From an uncultured Acidimicrobiales bacterium (GTDB taxonomy: Bacteria; Actinomycetota; Acidimicrobiia; Acidimicrobiales; SHLQ01), in contig CALJDK010000109.1 in NCBI GenBank assembly GCA_938023735.1, positions 11,125-75,124 of the forward strand: a DNA stretch of 64,000 nt, given 5' to 3'. The notes under the pieces were generated by a model. The model ran no database searches. It worked only from the letters and a program-made list of their open reading frames with translations, and was not told the origin of the DNA. Below, piece after piece: positions 1-7,080 of the stretch (position 1 is the stretch's first letter; every line of letters starts with the position of its first letter). The position numbers were made by a program, and so were the translations under genes.

Positions 1-1
1 G

Positions 2-499
2 ATGCTCGATCGAGCGATTGCAACCACCGACAACCCTGCGGTGGAATACCGGCTGACTGATCTCGACAATCTTGACCTCGAAGGAGAAACCTTCGACGTC
101 GTCTTCAGCAGCCTCACGCTTCACTATGTTGCCGATCTCGATCAACTCTTCACCACCACCAGGGCAGCCACAGCAGCCGGTGGGTCGATCGTGTTCAACG
201 TCGAGCATCCGTTGATGACCGGTCCAACCAAGCTCGACGCGATCGACCACCATGGCACCACGGTTTGGCCGGTCGACCGGTACGCCGATGAAGGCCCGCG
301 AACCAGAACCTGGCTGGTCGAAGGCGTGCGGAAACATCACCGAACGGTTGCCAGCTGGGTGAATGGCCTAATCGACGCCGGCTATTCGATCGACCGACTT
401 GTCGAGTGGTCGCCAACCAGCGAGCAAGTTGCCGAAAACCCCGCGTGGGAGATCGATCGAACCCGACCACCGTTTCTTATGGTGGCGGCCCATGTTTGA
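2..499 (+). CDS. Class I SAM-dependent methyltransferase, C-terminal part (5' end lies left of the window)
   Basis: The ORF is open to the left edge. The FDVVFSSLTLHYVADL and GGSIVFNVEHP blocks are typical of Methyltransf_11/25-type enzymes. Third codon positions are strongly G/C-biased. Confidence 0.7.
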   Translation: MLDRAIATTDNPAVEYRLTDLDNLDLEGETFDVVFSSLTLHYVADLDQLFTTTRAATAAGGSIVFNVEHPLMTGPTKLDAIDHHGTTVWPVDRYADEGPRTRTWLVEGVRKHHRTVASWVNGLIDAGYSIDRLVEWSPTSEQVAENPAWEIDRTRPPFLMVAAHV

Positions 500-560
500 G
501 TGGCCGAATCAGAAGTCAGCTGCACGTAGGTAACGACCCGCAAGTCGCTACCTTGAACAC

Positions 561-1832
561 GTGCTCTTCCCGAATCGTCGAGTCCTTACGCTTGCCCTGA
601 CCGGCTTCGTTGCATTGGCCGGGTGCTCCTCGGTCGACCAGGCAACGGTTGAAGCGACCGTTGCGTCGACGTCTCCAACGGCAACAAGCCTCGAGCAAAC
701 AGCAGCGGACGATTCGACGTCTCCTGACACCGTGGCCGCGGAAGACCGCACCGATGATCCGTGCACGACCAACGACGGTGCGCCAACGGCTCGCACCGAC
801 ATCAACACCTCGGGCAACCGAGTGTTCGACGCGACGCTCGATCTCGAAAGTCCGAGAATCGACATCGCCCTGGGTACCGAACCGGCATGGATCCTTCCGG
901 CAACCGAACCTGGGGCTTGGTATGTATCGCTGGTGGATGACACGGCCGTGATCGTTTCGGCCGACGGTGCTGTTGTGCCAACGCAGGCACCACCACCGGG
1001 CGAGCCGCCGCAGCTACGCACAAACGACGACGGTGACCTCGTTGTAGAAAGTGCGTATGACGATCATGGGTTGTTCACCGATCCACTCGTCGACACGCGC
1101 GTCGTGCACTCGGGCCCGCACGCTGCGGCGCTGGTTGGGCCAACCAACCGTTATGCACACGGCGTTTTGGGCGACGAGATCGAGGCGTCGGCGGTGGAAA
1201 TTGTGAATCGCTGCACCAACGAGCGCACCCGCATCGAAATCGACGACCCGACCGTCATCGAAGGAATCTCGCCCCTCCTCGCCGACCTCGATGGCGACGG
1301 CAAGGTCGAGGTTCTCGTCACCACCAGCAACTCGAGTCGAGGTGGCCAACTCGATGCCTACCGAATCGACGGCAGCTTTCTCGCCAGCTCGGAGCCCATT
1401 GGTCAGGGCAACCGTTGGCGTAATCAGCTTGGCGTAGCTCCACTCGGTCCGAATGGCGAGATTGAAGTCGTCGATGTCCGCATTCCTCATATTGGTGGCG
1501 TGGTCGAGTTCTTCCGCTTGGATGGCGACCGACTGGTTCGGGTCGCTCAAACGTCGGAGTTCACCAGCCATGCCATCGGTAGCCGCAACCTCGATATGGG
1601 TATTCTCGCCGACACCACCGGCGATGGCCGGCCCGAGGTTGTAGCACTTACCCAGAGCCGCGATGGCATTGCTTCGCTTCAGCGATCTGGCGAGGATGGC
1701 GTCGAGCAGGTGGGACAGGTCGAACTCGATGGCCGGGCAACCACCAACCTGGCCGTGCAAGACCTTCCGAACGGCGCAGCCCTAGCCGCAGGAACAACCA
1801 ACGGCACGCTTCATATCTGGATGCCCGCATAG
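561..1832 (+). CDS. Secreted lipoprotein with FG-GAP/VCBS-type Ca-binding repeats
   Basis: GTG start. The N-terminal LTLALTGFVALAGC is a signal peptide with a lipobox. ADLDGDGKVEVLV and DTTGDGRPEVVAL are FG-GAP-like DxDxDG loops. Confidence 0.6.
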   Translation: MLFPNRRVLTLALTGFVALAGCSSVDQATVEATVASTSPTATSLEQTAADDSTSPDTVAAEDRTDDPCTTNDGAPTARTDINTSGNRVFDATLDLESPRIDIALGTEPAWILPATEPGAWYVSLVDDTAVIVSADGAVVPTQAPPPGEPPQLRTNDDGDLVVESAYDDHGLFTDPLVDTRVVHSGPHAAALVGPTNRYAHGVLGDEIEASAVEIVNRCTNERTRIEIDDPTVIEGISPLLADLDGDGKVEVLVTTSNSSRGGQLDAYRIDGSFLASSEPIGQGNRWRNQLGVAPLGPNGEIEVVDVRIPHIGGVVEFFRLDGDRLVRVAQTSEFTSHAIGSRNLDMGILADTTGDGRPEVVALTQSRDGIASLQRSGEDGVEQVGQVELDGRATTNLAVQDLPNGAALAAGTTNGTLHIWMPA

Positions 1833-1921
1833 CTCGCCAGAGCTGGGCTTTTTGACCCATAGACGCCAAAAACGCACGCTCCTACCCTTGGGGATACCCC
1901 CCCCTCAATTGGAGCTCCGAA

Positions 1922-2434
1922 ATGACTTCCCTAACCCGTTTCGCAAACCTGCTTGTTCTTGCGCTGGTTCTTTCTGTCGTTGCCAGCGTGTCACCGTTGT
2001 CCTCACCGCAGGCTGGCGCCGATAGCCACACCTGCGACGGACTCACCGCAACCATCGTCGGTACCGAAGGCCGCGACGTGCTGCGCGGCACCAAAGGCCG
2101 CGACGTCATCGCCGGACTCGGTGGTAACGACAAGATTATGGGAATGGGTGGCAACGATGTCATCTGTGGCGGCTCTGGTAACGACGTGATTTCCGGTGGC
2201 ATGGGCGACGACCTGATCTTCGGCGATGCAGGCAACGACAAGCTCAAAGGCCAAAAGGGTAACGACATGCTCTGGGGCCACGATGGAAACGACAAGCTCT
2301 TCGGCGGGACCGGCAACGATGTGCTGAACGGTGGCGACAACGTTGACATGTGCAAGGGCCAGCGCGGCGACGACGTGAGCGAGTACTGCGACAAAGGCGC
2401 CAAGAAGAACAAGAGAGCCAAGCGCACCAAGTAG
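1922..2434 (+). CDS. Small secreted hemolysin-type (RTX) calcium-binding repeat protein
   Basis: Sec-type signal peptide (LLVLALVLSVVASV...PQAGA). It is followed by about 10 tandem GGxGxD nonapeptides (GGNDKIMGMGGNDVICGGSGNDVISGGMGDD...) and a Lys/Arg-rich tail. Confidence 0.75.
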   Translation: MTSLTRFANLLVLALVLSVVASVSPLSSPQAGADSHTCDGLTATIVGTEGRDVLRGTKGRDVIAGLGGNDKIMGMGGNDVICGGSGNDVISGGMGDDLIFGDAGNDKLKGQKGNDMLWGHDGNDKLFGGTGNDVLNGGDNVDMCKGQRGDDVSEYCDKGAKKNKRAKRTK

Positions 2435-2441
2435 CAAAAAC

Positions 2442-2455
2442 TAGAACACGTTCTA
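2442..2455. promoter_or_regulatory. KstR-type operator (TAGAACACGTTCTA) upstream of the amidohydrolase gene
   Basis: A 14-bp sequence fits the published KstR motif TnnAACnnGTTnnA at every constrained position. It lies in the 59-bp gap, 39 bp before the ATG at 2494. Confidence 0.5.
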
Positions 2456-2493
2456 TTAGGGAACTCGTGTCAAAACTCCGTACTATCGGAGCT

Positions 2494-3708
2494 ATGACCG
2501 AGTTGCCCAGAATCATTTCCGTCGACGATCACGTGGTCGAACCACCCAACCTTTGGCAGGACCGGCTTCCCGCCAAGTTCAAAGACCGGGGACCGCGAGT
2601 CGAGCGAGATCGAGCCATCTTCAACTTCGAAGGCGGTGTGTTCAGCTACGAAAAGGGCGCACCCGACGGCGAGTGGTGCGACTGGTGGCTCTACGACGAC
2701 CTGGTCTACCCCTTCCCGAAACTGTCGGCCGCGGTCGGCTTCGATCACCTCGATGTCACGCCCATCACGTTCGACGACATCCGTCCCGGCGCATGGATTC
2801 AGTCCGAGCGACTGAAGGACATGGACGAGAACCATATGGAAGCGTCGGTCTGCTTCCCCAACATTCTCCCCCGATTCTGCGGCCAGGCGTTTCTTGAACG
2901 CGAAGACAAAGAGCTCGCCCTCCTGTGCGTGCAGGCATACAACGACTGGATGATCGACGAGTGGTGTCAGGGCGACGGCAAGGGTCGACTGATCCCGATG
3001 ACCATCGTTCCGCTCTGGGACCCGGTGCTCGCCGCAGCTGAGGTACATCGATGCGCCGACAAGGGCAGCCGAGCGGTTGCGTTCTCCGAGAACCCACACC
3101 CGCTTGGTCTTCCATCGGTGCACGCCGCCGACCGTCACTGGGATCCGTTCTTCCGGGCCTGTGAAGAGACCGACACCATCCTCAACATGCACATCGGCTC
3201 GAGCTCGAAGATGCCTTCGACTTCACCCGACGCACCGTTCGCCGTGAGCTCCACTATCACGTTCAGCAACGCCATGGGCTCGTTCTGCGACTACATCCTG
3301 TCGGGCGTGTTCGACCGATTCCCCCAGCTGCGAATCGCGTATGCCGAGGGCCAGGTCGGATGGATGCCCTACGTCATCGAGCGCATGGACAAGCTGTGGG
3401 AAGAGCGCGACAACACCAGCGACTTTGGTGTGCAGCTCGAGAACCGTCCGTCGAGCTACATCCCCGGCCATATCTATGGCTGCATCTTCGACGACGAGGT
3501 TGGCCTGCGGAACCGCGACCTTATCGGCATGGATCAGATCTGCTTCGAGGTCGACTACCCACATGCCGACACCACCTTCCCGCACACGAAAGAGGTGGCC
3601 GAAAAGATCGTGCATAACGCCGGACTCACCGACGAAGAGATCTACAAGCTCCTTCGCGGCAACGCCATCAAAGGCTGGAGCCTCCACAACTTCGGCATCA
3701 CCGAATAG
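2494..3708 (+). CDS. Amidohydrolase_2 (ACMSD/LigW-like metal-dependent hydrolase/decarboxylase) family protein
   Basis: RIISVDDHVVEPPNLW N-terminus, HIGSSS and VDYPHAD motifs. The ATG at 2494 is chosen over the ORF-track start at 2350, which overlaps the RTX gene and encodes an Arg-rich extension. Confidence 0.8.
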   Translation: MTELPRIISVDDHVVEPPNLWQDRLPAKFKDRGPRVERDRAIFNFEGGVFSYEKGAPDGEWCDWWLYDDLVYPFPKLSAAVGFDHLDVTPITFDDIRPGAWIQSERLKDMDENHMEASVCFPNILPRFCGQAFLEREDKELALLCVQAYNDWMIDEWCQGDGKGRLIPMTIVPLWDPVLAAAEVHRCADKGSRAVAFSENPHPLGLPSVHAADRHWDPFFRACEETDTILNMHIGSSSKMPSTSPDAPFAVSSTITFSNAMGSFCDYILSGVFDRFPQLRIAYAEGQVGWMPYVIERMDKLWEERDNTSDFGVQLENRPSSYIPGHIYGCIFDDEVGLRNRDLIGMDQICFEVDYPHADTTFPHTKEVAEKIVHNAGLTDEEIYKLLRGNAIKGWSLHNFGITE

Positions 3709-3754
3709 CTAACTATCAATCCGAATAAGGTGTCTGGAACCGTCTTTCGTTTAG

Positions 3755-4360
3755 GTGAGCATGGAACCATTGGTACGTCGGGTGCAGTTGAGCACCAATC
3801 GCGTTTATTCAGCGGGCGGAAAAGCGCTCGATCGACCGCATCGGGCCGGGTCGATTGCCGCGATTGTCGATAACCCTTTCGTCGGAAAGTTTCCCGATGC
3901 CGATGCCATCGGTGAGTGGATCACTGCGCTCCAGCCCTTGGCCAACGAATGGTCGATAGAACTCCGCGATGCGCTCACAGCGCCGACCACCGATGGCGAC
4001 TACGAGATCCAGGGCTACGGCAAAGGCGCCATCGTTGGCGTTGACGGTGAACTTGAAATCGCCGCGGCATGGCATGTACCCGCTGGTGCCAGCCTTCGAA
4101 ACGCGCTCGACCATCCGAAAGCGATCGTGCCGTGCTCGAAGAAGGTTGGCGCCCTCGGAAGTCAGGTCGACATCCCGCTCCAATACATCCACGCCAGCTA
4201 TCTGCGCAGTCATTACGACGTGCAGCCAGTGGTGGTTCCCGACGGCCCTCGTCCGAACGAAGTTGTGTACGCCGTCGTGATGTCCACCGGGCCGCGACCA
4301 CATCATCGCATCGGCGGATTCACCATCGATGAGGTGTCGGGCGACGACGGGCAGCGGTAA
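3755..4360 (+). CDS. Amino-acid-synthesis family protein (PF06684/DUF1185-like)
   Basis: GKALDRP...AAIVDNPF...GYGKGAIVGVDGELEIAAAWH blocks are characteristic of this family. Start is the GTG at 3755 or the ATG at 3761. Confidence 0.6.
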   Translation: MSMEPLVRRVQLSTNRVYSAGGKALDRPHRAGSIAAIVDNPFVGKFPDADAIGEWITALQPLANEWSIELRDALTAPTTDGDYEIQGYGKGAIVGVDGELEIAAAWHVPAGASLRNALDHPKAIVPCSKKVGALGSQVDIPLQYIHASYLRSHYDVQPVVVPDGPRPNEVVYAVVMSTGPRPHHRIGGFTIDEVSGDDGQR

Positions 4361-4404
4361 CCAATCCGTTCCCATACGAGCGCAGAGCGGCCGGCGATGG
4401 GGAG

Positions 4405-4812
4405 CTACGAAACTCCGGCGGCAACGTTTGCCAGGTTCTGCAGGGCGCCGGCGATGACGCCGAGTTGCGGTGTGACAGGGTCGATACCGTGCCGCTCGGC
4501 CAGATACTGCGGGTCGTTATGGAACACTTGCACGCCCGCATCGGTCTCGGTGATCAGAATCTTCTGGGGTAGATCGATTCCCACCGTCGGTGCCAGTTGC
4601 ATAAGCGGGGTACCGAGGGCCGGGTTGCCGAAGAAGACCTCGATGGTTGGTGCCAGTTCGAGGCCTACGCTGTCGGCGCCAGCCCCATGGTCGACCCGAG
4701 CCACGAGCCGGAGTTTTTCGTTGCCTTCGATGGCCGCGGCAAGTCGGTCGGCGGCTTCGGCGGCGGTGCCTGTTCCGGCGGTCTCGACAAGGCCAGGTAC
4801 GTTCAGATCCAT
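4405..4812 (-). CDS. DUF302 domain protein
   Basis: 135 aa. The LRLVARVDHGAGA...GIDLPQKILITETDAGVQVFHNDPQYL pattern is typical of DUF302. Confidence 0.65.
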   Translation of the reverse strand: MDLNVPGLVETAGTGTAAEAADRLAAAIEGNEKLRLVARVDHGAGADSVGLELAPTIEVFFGNPALGTPLMQLAPTVGIDLPQKILITETDAGVQVFHNDPQYLAERHGIDPVTPQLGVIAGALQNLANVAAGVS

Positions 4813-4917
4813 AAGGGGTCCAGTCAGTTGGTCATCGTTATTCGATGGAGGTGGTGAGGCTGAAACTCCGGCGTCCCCAGAGAAATTTCACCCAGACCTG
4901 CGGGTTACCCGCCTGGT

Positions 4918-5730
4918 TCAGCCCTGAAGCAGAGGAACGAGTTCGGGGTGGTCGTGAAAGTTCGCCCAGCCGACGGCATCACTGTCGGCCAGACCATCGT
5001 GAATCGTCGGGTCGGCGCCGTTCGCCATCAACCATTTCACCAGCGATGCATCGCCTCGCCAACAGGCCGCATGGAGCGCGGTACCGAGCCAGTGATAGCC
5101 GGGAGGTTTCGCGTTGACCTCGGCCCCTCGCTCGAGCAGCCACTGCGCCGCCGACTGTTGGCCGGCGTTGACCGCCATCACAAAGGCATGGTTGACCATG
5201 GCAGCTTTGTCATCGGCCAAGTCGGCTGGCACGGTGTCAGGGAACGGTGAGCCAATCGGACCGGCTTCGGGCGTCAACGTCCCATCAGCGCTGACGAACC
5301 GCTCCAGCTCTTCCACTACACCCAATCCGGCTGCAGTACTGAGGGCTCGAACCGCCGCACCTCGCTCTCTGAGCGCACCGGCGATGTCGTGATTGCACCA
5401 GTAGAGGGCCTCATCGAGCGGCGTCCATAGGTCCTGTCCGTTCACATCGACGCCCGAATCGAGGAGTAGGTCGAGAACCGAACGCGAGTCGCATCCTGCT
5501 GCAGCCACCAGTGGAGCGTAGGGGTCGGCGCCGGCATCCAAGAGCAACTGGGCCGAGCCGGTGGGGTTCTCGATGTTGGCGGCCTCACACGCGATCATCT
5601 GCAGCAATGTGGGATGTCCAACCGATGACTGACGGGTCGCCCAGCTCGCATCCTCGGCCAACAGCGCCCCAAGGGCATCGAGGTCGCTGAGGATGATGGC
5701 CATCGCTGGCGCTTCGAAGATGTCGTCCAT
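4918..5730 (-). CDS. Ankyrin-repeat protein
   Basis: Several ANK units, for example GTALHAACWRGDASLVKWLMANGADP and TPLDEALYWCNHDIAGALRERGAAV. The start is trimmed to the ATG at 5730 (alternative 5703), 9 bp after the P450 stop. The longer ORF-track form overlaps the P450 gene. Confidence 0.65.
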   Translation of the reverse strand: MDDIFEAPAMAIILSDLDALGALLAEDASWATRQSSVGHPTLLQMIACEAANIENPTGSAQLLLDAGADPYAPLVAAAGCDSRSVLDLLLDSGVDVNGQDLWTPLDEALYWCNHDIAGALRERGAAVRALSTAAGLGVVEELERFVSADGTLTPEAGPIGSPFPDTVPADLADDKAAMVNHAFVMAVNAGQQSAAQWLLERGAEVNAKPPGYHWLGTALHAACWRGDASLVKWLMANGADPTIHDGLADSDAVGWANFHDHPELVPLLQG

Positions 5731-5738
5731 CGCTGGGC

Positions 5739-7022
5739 CTATTGGTTGATGATCTCGCCGGGCTTCTTGGTGTACGGCGGAGGATTGATTTTCTCGCCGG
5801 GGGTGTAGCTCACCGGCATCGACTTCACGCCGGCGATGAAGTTGGACCGGAGAATCTCGGGCTCGGCGGTCATCGCCAGGTCGGGAAGGCGGGTGAGGAT
5901 CTCGGTGAAGATGAGCTTCAACTCGGTTCGGGCCAGGTTTGCACCAAGACAGTAGTGCGCTCCACCCGCACCGAAGCCAATGTGTGGGTTGTCTTCGCGG
6001 GTGATGTCGAAGGTGAACGGATCGTCCCACACGGTCTCGTCGCGGTTGGCCGAGACATGCCACATGACGATGCGGTCACCCTCCTTTATCTTGGTACCGG
6101 CCACCTCGGTGTCGACCAAGGCGGTGCGACGGAAATGCATCACCGGGGTTGCCCAGCGAACGATCTCGTCGACGGCCGTGGGCATGTACTTATCGAGATC
6201 GCTCAGCAGGAGTTCGCGCTGTTCGGGATGGTCGAGCAACGCCTTCATGCCGTGGCTGGTTGCGGTGCGAGTGGTCTCGTTGCCTGCCACCGAAAGCAGC
6301 AACATGAACATGTCGACCTCGAACTCGTCGAGCCGGTCGCCATCGATCTCGGCGTTGATGAGCTTGGTGATGATGTCGTCTTGCGGGTCGATGGCTCGCT
6401 TCTTGGCGAGATCGTTTGAGTAGGCATACATCGACATGGCGGCGGCACGCGGGTCGCCGTCGTAGTCGGGGTCATCCATACCGATCATGGTGTTGGTCCA
6501 CTCGAACAGGAGCTTGCGATCCTCGTTGGGTACACCCATGATCTCGGCGATTGCCTGCAGCGGAAGCTCGGCTGCCAGGTCTTCGACGAAGTCGCACCGG
6601 CCGCGCTCGATCACGTTGTCGACAATCATGATGCTGCGGTGGGTGAGGTACTGCTCGAGCAGCCCAATCATGCGAGGCGTGAACCCTTTCGATACCAAGC
6701 GGCGGTACCGGGTGTGCTTGGGCGGGTCGGTGTAGAGCATGTTGAGACCGCGCTGATCGACGCCCTCGCCACCTTCTTCTTCGTGATGGTTGTCGATGGA
6801 GATGCCGCCGGTCTCACTGGAGAACCGATCGGTGTCGCGATTGATCTCGGTAAGGGCGGCGTGACTCACGACGCTCCAAAAACCCTTACCATCGGGATGC
6901 TCATGCCAGTGCAGTGGACCCTCGGCACGGAGCTTGGTGAACACCTCGTGGTGCCCGCCGCTCTGAAAAAGATCTGGGTTGAGGAGATCAACCTCAGTGC
7001 CACTACTTCCCTCAATGCTCAT
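5739..7022 (-). CDS. Cytochrome P450, CYP124/CYP125/CYP142-like
   Basis: Heme-binding loop FGAGGAHYCLGANLAR, I-helix AGNETT and the EIVRW (ExxR) motif. Overall length is 427 aa. Confidence 0.9.
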   Translation of the reverse strand: MSIEGSSGTEVDLLNPDLFQSGGHHEVFTKLRAEGPLHWHEHPDGKGFWSVVSHAALTEINRDTDRFSSETGGISIDNHHEEEGGEGVDQRGLNMLYTDPPKHTRYRRLVSKGFTPRMIGLLEQYLTHRSIMIVDNVIERGRCDFVEDLAAELPLQAIAEIMGVPNEDRKLLFEWTNTMIGMDDPDYDGDPRAAAMSMYAYSNDLAKKRAIDPQDDIITKLINAEIDGDRLDEFEVDMFMLLLSVAGNETTRTATSHGMKALLDHPEQRELLLSDLDKYMPTAVDEIVRWATPVMHFRRTALVDTEVAGTKIKEGDRIVMWHVSANRDETVWDDPFTFDITREDNPHIGFGAGGAHYCLGANLARTELKLIFTEILTRLPDLAMTAEPEILRSNFIAGVKSMPVSYTPGEKINPPPYTKKPGEIINQ

Positions 7023-7042
7023 AGGCGCGACTTTCCCACAAA

Positions 7043-7061
7043 ATCTGACGACCTGTCAGGT
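7043..7061. promoter_or_regulatory. Dyad ATCTGACGACCTGTCAGGT (CTGAC-N5-GTCAG) in the P450/sulfatase divergent promoter
   Basis: Inverted repeat in the 58-bp divergent intergenic region. It matches the dyad at 23078-23096 at 15 of 19 positions. It overlaps a second palindrome, GACCTGTCAGGTC (7050-7062). Confidence 0.4.
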
Positions 7062-7080
7062 CTTGATTACGGTTCCGACC

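Noticed and set aside
553-566. A second KstR-like site, TTGAACACGTGCTC, overlapping the lipoprotein start
   Set aside because: Only one half-site fits (TnnAAC). The second half is GTG..C instead of GTT..A, and the site overlaps the start codon. Too degenerate to call.
2350-2493. Long N-terminal extensions given by the ORF track. Examples are starts at 2350, 4918-6063, 10478, 15064-16362, 16994-17515, 17380, 25672, 26720-28579, 28463, 40774, 41917, 55568 and 57044-58051.
   Set aside because: The extensions overlap upstream genes or encode Arg/Pro-rich junk. Internal ATG/GTG starts with Shine-Dalgarno sequences or 4-nt stop/start overlaps give proteins that begin where family homology begins.
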